From assembly GCA_951406725.2 (NCBI GenBank), contig OX597817.1, forward strand, positions 171,430,001-171,494,000: a DNA stretch of 64,000 nucleotides, in the 5' to 3' direction. Shown in pieces: positions 39,331 to 61,735 of this stretch. Numbering within the stretch: position 1 is the stretch's first letter; every line of letters begins with the position of its first letter. The notes beneath the pieces were generated by a model. The model worked only from the letters and a program-made list of their open reading frames with translations, ran no database searches and was not told where the DNA came from. This stretch comes from Octopus vulgaris. Lineage: Eukaryota. A program made the position numbers and the translations under genes.

Positions 39331-39819
39331 TAAATATTTGCGTAACATTCTTCGTTTTTTTCCGTCCTTGTTTTCGTATACATCCGATGCTTTTTTTCCA
39401 AGAAATCTAATGCTCTTAGCTTAGTTTTTCCTTGGGGCTGGCCAGATTGGAGCAATCTCGAGTATAACCAGCTGAAATTGCAAAGATAATCTGGAACTCG
39501 ACTGGGGAAAGAAGACTCCGAATGACCTGTCCTTGTTTTCTTTGTATCATCTACCTGGATGTTTTGTTGTACCTTTTTTGTATCACCTGTCTAGATGTTT
39601 TGCATTCTTGTACCATTTTGTATTTTATATATATATATATATATACACACACATACACACACACACACATACATAGATGTATGTATATATATTTATTGTT
39701 TGCCTTACACTTGTTTCACTGGAGCCACATCCTTGAAGGTTTTAGTTTTACTAATTGATCCTAGCATTTATATTTTTTGAATCTGGGTACTTACTCTATC
39801 AGTCTTTTTTGCTGATCAA

Positions 39820-39862
<43 letters not shown>

Positions 39863-39882
39863 TATATGTGTGTGTTTATTAC

Positions 39883-39921
<39 letters not shown>

Positions 39922-39924
<3 letters not shown>

Positions 39925-40298
39925 CAGTATCGCCCGGCGTTGCTCGGGTTTGTAAGGGAAATAACTATAAAGCATTTTTAGAGAGTTATAGCCAAAAAAT
40001 GGAAAAAAAAATGATGGTAAATTTTTTTTTTTAGTTGAAAAGGTCGAGTTGCGCCCCATAGACAGTCTGTGGTTTGTGTTTCTGATTCTCGACCCCATGT
40101 CGAATTTATCGATTTTTTTTCAGAACTGGGGGAACTTTTCAAAATTTTCGCTGCGTTAGTTTTGAATTATGACATTGGGCTATGTGTGTGTCAAGTTTCA
40201 TCAGAATCGGTTGAAAGCCGTGGTCAGGGTGAGGGTACAACCAAACAGACACACAGAAACACACACAGACAAACTGCCGTTTATATATAGAGAGAAGA
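39922..40298 (-). mobile_element. Non-autonomous Helitron (third copy of the same 3' end)
   Basis: TAGCAGTATCGCCCGGCGTTGCTCGGGTTTGTAAGGGAAATAACTA is identical to 1905-1950; ends ...TTTATATATAGAGAGAAGAT. Confidence 0.75.
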
Positions 40299-40523
40299 TA
40301 TATATATATGTGTGTGTGTTTGTGTGTCTGTATTTGTCTCCCCATCCTTATTTGACAACTTACATTGGTGTGTTTACATCCCCCATAACTTAGCAGTTCG
40401 GCAAAAAAGACTCGATAGAAAAAGCACTAGGCTTTCAAAGAACAAGTCCTGGGATCGAATTGTTCGACTAAAGGTGGTGCCCCAGCATGGCTGTAACCGA
40501 GTGACTAATAAAAGAATAAAAGA

Positions 40524-40576
<53 letters not shown>

Positions 40577-40689
40577 TATGTACATGTATACATACATACA
40601 CACATGTACACACATTCTCTCTCTCCCTCACACACACACACATGTGCACAAATACATGCATGCACACACATTTTTCTTTAAGTGTCTGT

Positions 40690-41690
40690 GACCAAGTTGT
40701 AAGATGTTCGGCCTCATCCAAAATCTCTGATTTCTCATCAACCTTCTTTGAATCCTTGATTTCATGTTGTGGAAGTCTCTAAAATATAGCATCTGATATG
40801 ACCACCTGCTGCTTAGCTCAATAATAGTGAACCCCCAAACCACTCGTAAACTGCACAATATTAGCAGTGATAGGTAAAATGCTGATGTATATTTCATCTT
40901 TGGTCTTGTCATGAGATATTTAGAGGTTTCATGAGAAGCATGGCATGGAAATCATGGCAATCACAAAGATTCTTTTTCATATTCTAGTTTTCAGCTGCAC
41001 AGAGAAAATACATTATTGATATTCCCCATCATCATCATCATTATTTAAAAAAAAGGTCAGATGTGTGTGACGGGGGGAGGGCAGGCAACAAATAGAATGT
41101 AGGTTAGGCAAGATTTCTTGATTTTGAAGTACTTGACTGTCAGCTGTTTTGAAGTTTGTTCCTTTCATGTGGTGAAGTATTTCTTATTGTCAGCAATATA
41201 GGACTCAAGGTGCTTGAACTTACTCGCTTTCTTGAGTTGGATGCCCTCACTGGAACAAGTTAGCCCTTGGCTTTCATCCTTATCAATGGTTTTGTGCTAT
41301 GTCTTCTCTGCATTGAGAAATTGACTGACTTTGGTTACAACCTTCTCAAGTGATTTTTTTTATCTTTTACTTGTTTCAATCATTAGATGGCAGCCATGCT
41401 GGAGCACTGTGATGTTAACAAACCAAGAATATCATGCAAAGAAAACCTATCAAGCTTTGCCAAAAAAAAAGATGGTTTAGCTAAAGGGTTTTCACACAGT
41501 GTCCTTCAGAGAGACGCTCCTTTCTTGTATGTCATGGTAGTGGAGAGCAATATTAGAAAAAGTGTTGACCCCTACCTGTCCAAGTAAAAGACTCCATCAT
41601 CAGGCAAAAGCTGTCAAGATGTCAGCTGGGTCAACATTTACCTGACCTTTACTATGCTGATGATTTTGACCTTGCTGCATCCTCTCATCT
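40690..41690. pseudogene. Degenerate RTE-like LINE with an inverted segment
   Basis: + strand 41440-41690: SVLQRDAPFLYVMVV and LYYADDFDL. - strand 41350-40690: LEKVVTKVSQFLNAEKT..GIQLKKASKFKHLESYIA..LLMKPLNIS. Confidence 0.65.
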
Positions 41691-41990
41691 AACATCAACA
41701 TTATCATCATCACCACTGTCGTCGCCACCACCTCTGCCACCAACAGTTCTAAGAACACCACCATCATCATCACCGTCACCACCAGCAACACCATCATCAT
41801 CATCATCACCACAACAACCACCATCACCACCACCACTACCACCTTCATTGCCACTGTTGTTACCACTACTGCTGACCACCGTTGCCATCACCACCACCAC
41901 TGTTAGCATCATCATCATCATCGCCACCACCACAACCATCATCATCATCATCATCATCATCATCACCACCACCACCATCACCATCACCTT
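41690..41990. repeat. (CAC/CAT)n array
   Basis: Directly visible. Confidence 0.9.
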
Positions 41991-42733
41991 CTCATGTTGG
42001 TTTGGGGTAAAAGGATTGTTGCTGCTCTCCTAAAGGGATTGGAGGACCACATCTCACTTATAAATTTCATTTTTGACTTGGTTCCTGAGGCTGGTTTTAC
42101 TGAGTGTACTTGATGCATCATTTGTAGTAGGTTACACACAGACACAGACACACACATATGTATATACATATATATATATAGTTGTGGCTGTGTGGTAAGA
42201 AGCTTGCTTCCCAAACACATGGTTTCAGGTTCAATCCCACTGCATGGCATCTTGGGCAAGTGTCTTCTACTATAGACACAGGTTGACCAAAGCCTTGTGA
42301 GTGGATTTGGTAGACAGAAACTGAAAGAAGCCTGTTGTATATATATGTATATATCTATGTGTCTATCTTTGTGTCTGTGTTTGTCACCCCATCATAACTT
42401 GACAAGCAGTGCTGGTGTGTTGCATCTGTGTAGCTTAGCAATTCAGTAAGGAGCCTGTGTGTGTGTGTGTGTGTGAGTTGTTTTTCTTTTGTGTAGACAT
42501 CATGTGATAGTTGTAAATGAGTGTCACTGTTGTACAGCAGTGTCGTTCATTTCTAACGTTCTGTGAAAAACATGTTCGACAATTGGGAAATATTACCTTA
42601 CTTGCAAATAGGTGAAGGTTAACAACAGGAAGGGTACCCCAACTGTAGAAAATTTCTCTCAACTAATTCTGTCTGACCCAAGTGAGCATGAAAAAGACTA
42701 GACATTAAAACAGTGATGTTGATGACGACGATG

Positions 42734-42891
<158 letters not shown>

Positions 42892-44869
42892 GGACTTTGG
42901 TGAAATTTTGATTTCAAATGCTAAATAAACAAAAGATTTTGACATTCAGAAGTAGAAGATTAATTGAAGATATATATATATATATATATTTATGAAAAAA
43001 ATTAGAAGAAATTAACAGCCAGGAAAATCATTTAAATTTTCATATTTTTTTATTATTTTTTTTTGTCTTAAAGCACACACACACACACACACCTTGAACA
43101 TAGGAGGTTGGTATTGCTGTCATCATCTTTGGTTGGAGCATCAAACTGATGTTAAGTCACAAACTGAAATGCCACAAGTACTGAGCAAGAAGCCGGCAGT
43201 CCCTAACCCCTACTCCGTAGATGGCAGTGTTGTGGTCTCAGGAGGCACAGCAGATAAAATATGTGGAAGAAGGAGGAGGAGGAGAAGAAGAAGTAGAAGA
43301 AGAAGAAGGAGGAGGAGGAAGTAGAGGAGAAGAGATTAAAAATAAAATACAATAGAAGAGAAAAAAAATAGAAAAGAAAAAACAACAGAATGTTCTTTTG
43401 CAGCAACTTCAGCAACAGCAGCAGATGGTATGTAAGGGTTGTCTGCAGCAAACAAAATAAGGGTGGTTGTTTTGGTTTTGTTAAGTGTTAAGATGGAGAC
43501 AATTGTTTAGGGTATATTTAAAAAAAAAAAATTTTTCTTTATTTTGGCAGAGTGGGGGGGGGGGGTGGAGTTTTGGCAGGTAGAGGATGGGGCAGAACAG
43601 GGTGGGTGATGTTGTGTGAAGGACTGCATGATCTATCTTTTTGGTGGGTGGGTGGGGGTGGGGGGGGGTGGAAGTTTATTTTTTTACTTGTTTTTTTTTT
43701 TGTCTTTATTATTTTTTTTTTTTGCTGGTGGAGGAATTAAAGAAAGAAGGAGATAAGGAGGTGATTGTGGTTCTATGTTTTTGCTGGTGACAGTGGTAGG
43801 GTGATGGATGGTGGTTAGTGGTGGTGGTGGTGGTGGTGGTGGTGGTGGCGATATCATTGTGGTGTGGCAACCGAAGATGTTTTTTCCAGAATCTTTGGAG
43901 GAAGTAAGGAAGAATGGTTATTTCGAATTTCTGTTTTGTCAGGTGAATTCATTGTGGAAGTGCATTTGTGCATGTCTGTGTGTCTTGGTACTTGGGTAAT
44001 GGGTGGATTAGTCCATGATCGACATGGGCAACAGGTTGGTGCCATCACAATCATCGTCATCATCATCATCATCATCATCATTGTCAACGTCATCGTCATT
44101 ATTGTCATCATCACCATCATCATCATTGTTTAAAAAAAAAAAGGTCAGATGTGTGTGGCGGGGGAGGGCAGGCAACAAGTAGAATGTAGGTTAGATGTTT
44201 GTGAGGAGGCAGCATTGGAGTGTGTAAGAGAGAGAGAGAGAGAGAGATAGACACACACACACACACACATAGAAACACAGAGAGAGAGAAGAAGGAAAGA
44301 GAAAGAGTAAGAGAGAAAACAGATGAGTGAGGATGCTTTTGAAAAGACAAGACTTGGAAAATAATAACAAGAGGTTTGTGGCAACAAGGACAAAGGTATG
44401 GGATGTAGAATTAATGTTTTCACCAGCTTATGGCATTACACCAAAAAAAAAAACAAAAATTAAATTAAATTAATTTAAATTAATTCATTAATCAATAAAT
44501 GGCTGACAAAAACCCACAAAATATATGAAATGGTTTGCAATTAAATTTCTGCAATTCTCTTATTTGTGCGCCTTTGAAAAATTTCTGTTTTTTTTTTTCT
44601 TTACATTGTATATATATTATATATTGTTTTCACATGCTTTTCCAATTTTTTTTTGTTTTATTTCAATTTTTTACAAACAGTACATGCTTGCTTTGCTTTG
44701 TTAATTTTTTTTTAAACATTATTATTTTATTCCATTAGCATTCCTCGTTTTCGTCTTCCTTTCTTTGTTTTATTCCTTCCTTTTGTTATTTGTTATTCAA
44801 ATTATTATTATTATTATTATCATTATTATTATTGTTATTATTATTATCAATGTTATTATTTTTTTTTGT

Positions 44870-54250
<9,381 letters not shown>

Positions 54251-54609
54251 TGTGTTGCAGAAATCGAAAACAAATCTTGTAACAATAGAAACATTTTTTT
54301 TTCTCTCTCTCTCCTGTTTGTTCCTTGCCTGCAGCAGAATAAAAAAAAAAAAAAAAAGATAAAACCATCAATATTAAGTTTGCATGCCAGCTCCAACTAT
54401 TCCAGTCAGTCTTTTGACAATCTCCAGCAACAAGCTAACGTTAGAATTCTCCTCAACAAACATTAGGAAAAGGTGATTCAAGTTCATTCTTGGCTGGAAT
54501 ACATACATACGGCACAATCATAGATGCTTTCCACTTTTTGGGAACAAACTCAGGGCACACAATGGAACTTGATTAGGTCTGAGAAGTCTTCATAGAGTAC
54601 CAAGCATCT

Positions 54610-54738
54610 GATCATCATCGTAATCATCATCATCATCGTCGTCGTCGTCGTCGTCATCATCATCATCATCGTCATCATCATCGTAATCATCATCATAATT
54701 ATCATCATCATTGTTGTCATTTTTGTCAACATTATCAT
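54610..54738 (-). repeat. (GAT/GAC)n repeat just 3' of the junctophilin stop
   Basis: Directly visible. Confidence 0.9.
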
Positions 54739-54802
54739 CTCTGAGGAATTATCCTTGCTAGTTAATGCCTGTACACCAGCTGAATTCAGCAGTTTTTTCC
54801 TA

Positions 54803-54889
54803 TCAAGACAGAAGGTTGAAGAACATGGTGGCTAAACTGACATTCAGAGCGACCAATAACACAAGCAGTTGTCTTTGCTGACACCAATC
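54803..54889 (-). CDS. jph: Probable junctophilin terminal coding exon (C-terminal transmembrane tail anchor)
   Basis: Minus strand: long polypyrimidine tract ...ttttgttcatttacag| then DWCQQRQLLVLLVALNVSLATMFFNLLS, then TGA TAG. The peptide resembles the junctophilin C-terminal TM pattern (vertebrate ...LLNIGLAILFVHxLT*). Upstream exons were not found in the window. Confidence 0.72.
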   Translation of the reverse strand, partial: DWCQQRQLLVLLVALNVSLATMFFNLLS

Positions 54890-55149
54890 CTGTAAATGAA
54901 CAAAAACAAAAACAAAAATAAAAATGAGATTGAGGACAAAAAGAAATACAGAAAAACTAATAGAATTTACTTTTCATTTTAGAGATTAAAATAAATATTT
55001 GCAACTAAATTGATGTTTGGAATAGCCTTAAAAAGTTTGAACATTATTATCTCCAAATGCTGCTGTGTGTGCTACATTTGTTGAACAACGTGGAAAATAT
55101 TCCATAAATATAGTCAAAATGATGCTGGTATCAAGTTCACTTATCACCC

Positions 55150-55492
55150 AAGATTTGGCCCCAGAATAATATGCCCTCTACAAAAATCAAGCTCACATTA
55201 CATAACATTGCAGCAAAACGTTTTTATCACAACTGGTTCAGCCTTATTCCGTGTTATACCCACCCACCCACCAAAAAAAAAAAAAATCAAAGAAGGAAAT
55301 GACCCTATAACATTCAAATGGTACCTGGACAAATTCCTTCAAGAAATACAAGACAAACCACTGACACCTGGGTACATCTCAGCAGACAACTACTCCCTGT
55401 TTAAATGGGTTAGGTTTTCCTAAGACATGATTAAAAGACTACCCCAGGTGGTGTTATGGGTTAGACATGGCGTGGGCCAATGATGGCCCAAA

Positions 55493-55538
<46 letters not shown>

Positions 55539-55830
55539 ACACATACAAACACACATATATATACCATATATATATATATATGAAAATTGATAGAAGATAT
55601 AGGACAAGATACTGCAATAGCCTCAGAGGTCCACAGCTCTTCAATATCCTCCCAAAGGACCCGAGAGACCTGCATGGGGTGGATGTAGGTGTCTTCAAAA
55701 TAAAGCTGGACCTCTTACTGTGAAGTGTCTCAAATGAGCCAACTTTGCAGCAGGAGGTGCAGATGAGAGCAGCAGCATCAAACTCTCTCATGCACCATTA
55801 TGTCAATTCCTAAAAAGCATTCGTAAAGTA
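55150..55830 (+). mobile_element. Two CR1/L2-like LINE 3' fragments
   Basis: GSALFRVIP..FKWYLDKFLQEIQDKPLTPGY (55230-55400) and LRGPQLFNILPK..VGVFKIKLDLLL (55620-55720). Confidence 0.6.
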
Positions 55831-55991
55831 AAATTATGTAGCGACACCAAATGGCAGTGCCCCAGCATGACCACAGCTTGTGAGATGAAACTAGATATAA
55901 TATATATATATATATATTCATATATATATACACACACATACTTACATACATACATATATATATACATAAATATACATATATATATATTCAC

Positions 55992-56030
<39 letters not shown>

Positions 56031-56952
56031 CATACATACATATATATATATATACACATATATAAATATATACATACATATACATGTATATATACCTATA
56101 TCATTGAACGCCACACATCCTCTTCCAAGTAAGTTTTATCTTAATAATACTGGTGCACACTCTATACAATCTTTTTACTCTTTCGTTTTTCTCTCTCTTA
56201 TTCTTTTACCTCATCTTCCACTATAGTATACTATCACTCTGTCACTCTCTCTCCTTCACTCCTCCTCCCTTACTGACGTGGCTCCCATGTGTCCATTGGC
56301 CATCTTTCTTTCTTCTCCTAATTAGTGTTTCTTTCTTTCTCTCCGTTTTAGCTGGAACAAGGAAAACGTGTTCTTGTCTGTCTCTTGACCAAGCTTGATT
56401 AACACATTCACCACCACAACCTCGTTTAGGCTGAACAGCCCTTCTTGTTTGCATTCAAGCTGCACTCGGTAGTGAAGTGAAAGCACGCTATAAAAATAAA
56501 ACTACTGAATAATAATAATAATTATATGATTGCCTTAAATTGGTACTAATATACAGAGAGATTCGTCAGCTGAGAAGTGCAGAGTAAACACGTTAATATA
56601 ACCTGTATGAAGACTGAGAGGTTTAAAACTCCACTTTACTAACAATAAATCTAATGTTCTAACTTTTTGAGCATTTTTCAAATGACTGAGATAGTAGGCA
56701 GCTGTTGTGCATCATTCAAAACTATTATGAAATGAAGAACTGCTGAGATACTACTTGATGTTCAATTAAAATATATGCTTCAAGCAACATATATTGGCAT
56801 CATTAATGATAGGAATCTATCATGTGAAATACCTATCAGAAATAAATACATACATATGTATGCATATGATATATATATATATAAACAAATTTCTCTCTAT
56901 TTCCCTCGTTCCAGCATGGAATATGGATGTTAAATGATGACGATCATGTTGA

Positions 56953-56992
<40 letters not shown>

Positions 56993-56999
56993 TTTTATT

Positions 57000-57201
57000 T
57001 TTTTAATTTTTACTTGTTTAAGTTAATCGACTGTGGCCATGCTGGAGCACTGCCTTTTAGTTGAAGAAATTGACCCCTGGATTTCTTCTTTGTAAGCCTG
57101 GTGCTTATTCTATTGGTTCCTCTGCCGAACTGCTAAGTTATGGGGACATAAACACACCAACATCATTTGTCAAGCGATGGTGGTGGGCCAAACACATATA
57201 T

Positions 57202-57273
<72 letters not shown>

Positions 57274-57575
57274 TTTATTTTAAGCAGCAGAAAATTCAAC
57301 AAAATCTGTTACTCTGAGTTTCTCGTTGCCGTTCATCAGACAGTTTTTGCTAGAATGGAACATATATATTAATTCAATCTATACTCTTACAAACGCTACA
57401 CCTTTAAAAAGAAATGGACTTGTTTGATTGGCCATTTATATATATACACATACATATGTTAGGTTTCAGTTTCCATCTACCAAATCCACTCACAAGGCTT
57501 TGGTTGGCTCAAGACTATAGTGGAAGACACTTGCCCAAGGTGCCATGCAGCAGGATTGAACCCAGAGCCATATGC
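57000..57575 (-). mobile_element. SINE family A, interrupted in its (TA)n by a ~160-bp Penelope-like fragment
   Basis: Family A tail at 57000-57200 and head at 57465-57575; the insert at ~57272-57435 carries the hammerhead motif. Confidence 0.7.
57297..57352 (-). ncRNA. Minimal type-I hammerhead ribozyme motif (Penelope-like element remnant)
   Basis: Minus strand: tagcaaaaactgt-CTGATGA-acggcaacga-GAAA-ctcagaG-TA-acagattttgttg. Stem I pairs 12/13, stem II is cg-GCAA-cg with an A.A closing mismatch, stem III is the near-palindromic actcagagt, and the cleavage triplet is GUA. Confidence 0.7.
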
Positions 57576-60159
57576 TGATGACCTTGCTCCCATAGCTAGA
57601 GATGAAATTTCAGGTGTGGAAACAAGGTTTAGAATTGAAGGGCTTTAGAGTTGCAAAAACCAAAATCCCAGTAAGTTAGAAGGCGAACAAATCACAAACC
57701 CCTTCAGGTAGATGGCCCTGCTCAATCTGTAGAAAAGATGTAGGTAGAAACTCCATAAGATGTACCTAGTGTAAGCTATGGACACATAAGAGGTTCAGTA
57801 ATATCAAAGGAAGGTTAACTTGTATAACAGTGACCCCTATATACAATTCTCACAAGATGTCAACGTGAGGAGACATAAACACATACGCACACACACACAC
57901 AATAAGTATTGAGCACTGGGTTCGGGTTTGGTAGACGCAAACTGAAAGAAGCCCATCGTATATATATATCATATATCGTATATATATATATATATATATA
58001 TATGGTGCTCAAGCATGGAGACAGCCTTAGAGCTGAAACATAAAAGAATTTTTATAACTGAATTGTAAACTGCATATCTGGATTTCTATGTTGGTTATTT
58101 ACTTCTCAGTGAAATTTTAAGACGTTAAATGTTGTGGCTGGTATTCATTTACCATCCCCTCTCTCTCTTTCGGAGAGGCACTGAGCAGCTATACGCACAC
58201 ATACACACACGGCAGTAACTTCCACCTACCGAATTCAATCACAAAGCTCCGGTCGGCTCGGGGCTATAGTGGAAGACACCTACCCAAAGTGCCACGCAGT
58301 GGGACTGAACCCGAAACCATGTAGCTAGGAAGTAAGCTCCCTAACCACACAGCCATGCCCGTGCCTACCCATAGATGCTTATTTACTGATGATAAATGCA
58401 TATCATCCATAATATGCGTTTACCTAGTGTAATCTTTTCAAAAAATTGTACATCATAAAAATTGTCTATAAAAATAAGTTTGATTAACAGATAAAAATTA
58501 GAGAAATTATAAAACTAGAAACATTCTACCCAACCACTCATCATCTCCCCCTCTGTCTGTCTGTCTATCTCTCTCTCTCACTCCAGTCTATCATCACCAC
58601 TATTCCGCTACTCTTCACCACCATGCATTATTGGTCACCCCCCACATAATGTTGTTTTAAAGCATTGGTACACCAGGCAGTTGCCCGGGGGATTTGCAGT
58701 TTTAAGGGCCCACTTATGATCAGTGTATTTTATGACTTACTGTCCATAAATAAATACTGCAGAACCCAGTGCATAGATCTACCTAGAGAGGGTCTATAAT
58801 GCTGCTAAGATAGCCATGACCCCACCCTTTATCCACCATTCACTACATCCTTAGTCACCATTCATCAACCCTCATCTCTATTCAGTTTTGCAGTTTCACC
58901 TGCATATCTCCCGTTCCTTAAATCTCACAGTCCCATACACTCTGCAATCTCTACCCACCTACACTTCAGTTTCTTCTTTCCCATTTGCTTCTACACACCT
59001 TGATGACCACCAGAAACACTTTGTCATTATTTACATCTCATCCCATTTGAACACTGACCACCTCTGACCCTCTCTTCTAAAATGCAAGTGGCCATGTAGT
59101 GCCTCTATTCTGCTCTTGTCCTTTCTCTCATATTTTAACCCCTCATCTTGCATAAGGCTGCCTCTCTTGTGGTTATTCAAACTTCATCATCATTTTGTAG
59201 AAACACAAAAATTATTTTTGTGCATGTATTTATTATGTATTCCTGCAGGGGTTGTTCAAATTGTGGGTGGTTGATGGGGCATCATAATTTACTAAATAAT
59301 GATTAGGTTAATTTCATTTAATTAAATAGGGCTCAGTTTGTAAATTTTAACCGAATATTTAGTATTGTGCAAACAAGTATATAACAGTTCATTTTCAGTG
59401 TTGAGGCACCTGTGTCGGTGGCACATAAAAAACACCATCCGAGCGTGGCTGTCTGCCAGCCTCGTCTGGCACCTGTGTCGGTGGCACATAAAATCACCCA
59501 CTACACTCTCGGAGTGGTTGGCGTTAGGAAGGGCATCCAGCCGTAGAAACACTGCCAGATCTGACTGGCCTGGTGCAGTCTTCGGGCTTGCCAGACCCCA
59601 GTTGAACCGTCCAACCCATGCTAGCATGGAAAGCGGACGTTAAACGATGATGATGATGTCCATTTTTATCTTGAAGACATACATCAACTTAAGGTTAATT
59701 AAAGCACTTCCATCTCTACAGGTATGAATGATGTTACATATTTTAAAGGTCCTGTCATAAATATCTCATAATCACTATATGTAGTTTGATAGACTTGTGA
59801 GATGTCATCTACCCAGGTTGATTGGTGGTTATTTATGTGAGTAGTACTTTGATTTGAAAGAACTTCCAGTCGCACCAATATTGAATTTTGGCATAGTTCT
59901 ATCATTCAACTGGAATTTGACATAGGATACCAGCAAATTTGTCAGGCACTGCTTGTTAAGGAGGCATTAGGTTAGTCACTATAGTTATAATTATGTGTGA
60001 GTTTAATGGTAACGATGCATAAAAACTGAATAACAAGATGTGAAGAGCCAGGTGTTATAATCGTAAATAACACTCAGGTCTTTGGTATTGAGTGCTGTTT
60101 TACACTGCTTACCAGTATCACTCCCCACCCACAAATATATATATATATATATATACATC

Positions 60160-60885
60160 TTTATCTTTTACTCTTTTACTTGTTTCAGTCATTTGACTGC
60201 GGCCATGCTAGTTTACTCGAGCAACTCGACCCCGGGACTTATTCTTTGTAAGCCCAGTACTTATTCTATCGGTCTCTTTTGCCGAACCGCTAAGTGACGG
60301 GGACATAAACACAGCAGCATCGGTTGTCAAGCAATGCCAGGGGGACAGACGCACAGACACACACACATACACATACATACATATATATACATATATACGA
60401 CGGGCTTCTTTCAGTTTCTGTCTACCAAATCCACTCACAAGGCTTTGGTCGGCCCGAGGCTATAGTAGAAGGCACTTGCCCAAGGTGCCACGCAGTGGGA
60501 CTGAACCCGGAACCATATATACATCTTTTATCTTTTATCTTTTACTTGTTTCAGTCATTAGACTGTGGCCATGCTGGGGCACCACCTTGAAGAATGTTTA
60601 GTTGAATGAATTGACCCCCACCCAGGACTTTTGTTTTTTAAATCTGGTATTTATTCTTACTTCTTTATTGCCCACAAGGGGCCAAACACAGAGGGGACAA
60701 ACAAGGACAGACAAAGGGATCAAGTCGATTACATAGACCCCAGTGTGTAACTGGTACTTAATTTATCAACCCCGAAAGGATGAAAGGTAAAGCCAACCTC
60801 AGCGGAATTTGAACTCAGAACATAATGGCAGACGAAATACTGCTAAGTATTTTGCTGGGCGTGCTAATGTTTCTGCTAGCTCGAC
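60160..60885 (-). mobile_element. Nested SINE cluster (A 60160-60515; another A tail interrupted by B at 60660-60885)
   Basis: Matches to the family A and B copies elsewhere in the window. Confidence 0.75.
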
Positions 60886-61297
60886 GTCTGGTATTTATTC
60901 TATCATACCCCTTTGATGAACTGCTAAGTTACAGGGATGTAACCACACAAATACTCGTTGTCAAGAAGTAGTAGGGGACAAACATGGACACAAAGATGTG
61001 TGTGTGAGGCATTAAATTTTGTTACACACACACACACACACATTCATATATTCTTTATATATAGCGCAATGTGTGTGTGTGTATAGGATGACATACAAAT
61101 TTATGAAATGTTTCACATTAATTATATGCTCTGGTATAGCAGTGTAGTTAAGAATGTAATCAAGGTTCAATCTCACTGCATAGCACCTTGCGCAAGTACC
61201 TTGTGAGTAAAGGAAGCCTTTCCTGAATATATATGTGTGTGTGTGCGTGTGAATGGGATGGAGGTGGTGCACGCATGTGTTTGCATGCGTGTGTAAG

Positions 61298-61299
<2 letters not shown>

Positions 61300-61342
<43 letters not shown>

Positions 61343-61735
61343 CATTGTGTACAGTGCTCAGGTGCACTACAACTCATCTAAAGTGTATATATAATCAGGT
61401 GTAGTTTCGGCGGATTTCGGGAAGCATGAGGGCCTTAAAGGATGCAGTGTCATGGCAGTCAACAACTGACGCAGGCAGTTTATTCCATGCTTCAGCAACT
61501 CTGAGCGTTGAAAAAATGTTTCCGAAAGTCATAGGAGCTGTGCTGTTTTCTGACTTTGTAGGCATGTCCACGTGTGTTAGACACATGGAGATCAAAAAGG
61601 TGTTCAGTGTTGTTGTTGGTGAGGTGGTTGATAACTTTGTGGGTGTTTACCAAGTCCGTCGCCAGACGCCGGAGCTTCAGTGAATCTATGCCCAGGGAAA
61701 CAAGGCACTCAGAATATGGTAGGTGTCTGATGGAG
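61300..61735 (-). mobile_element. CR1-like LINE 3' end (longest copy)
   Basis: LRVAEAWNKLPASVVDCHDTASFKALMLPEIRRNYT* plus upstream ORF2 remnant; (TTA)n tail. Confidence 0.85.

Noticed and set aside
54786-54889. Alternative frame of the minus-strand terminal exon (GLVSAKTTACVIGRSECQFSHHVLQPSVLIGKNC*)
   Set aside because: No recognisable homology; the phase-0 frame gives a junctophilin-like transmembrane tail.
58995-59030. TTGATGA..GAAAC..GTC hammerhead-like string
   Set aside because: C3 is mutated, and stems I and II do not pair.
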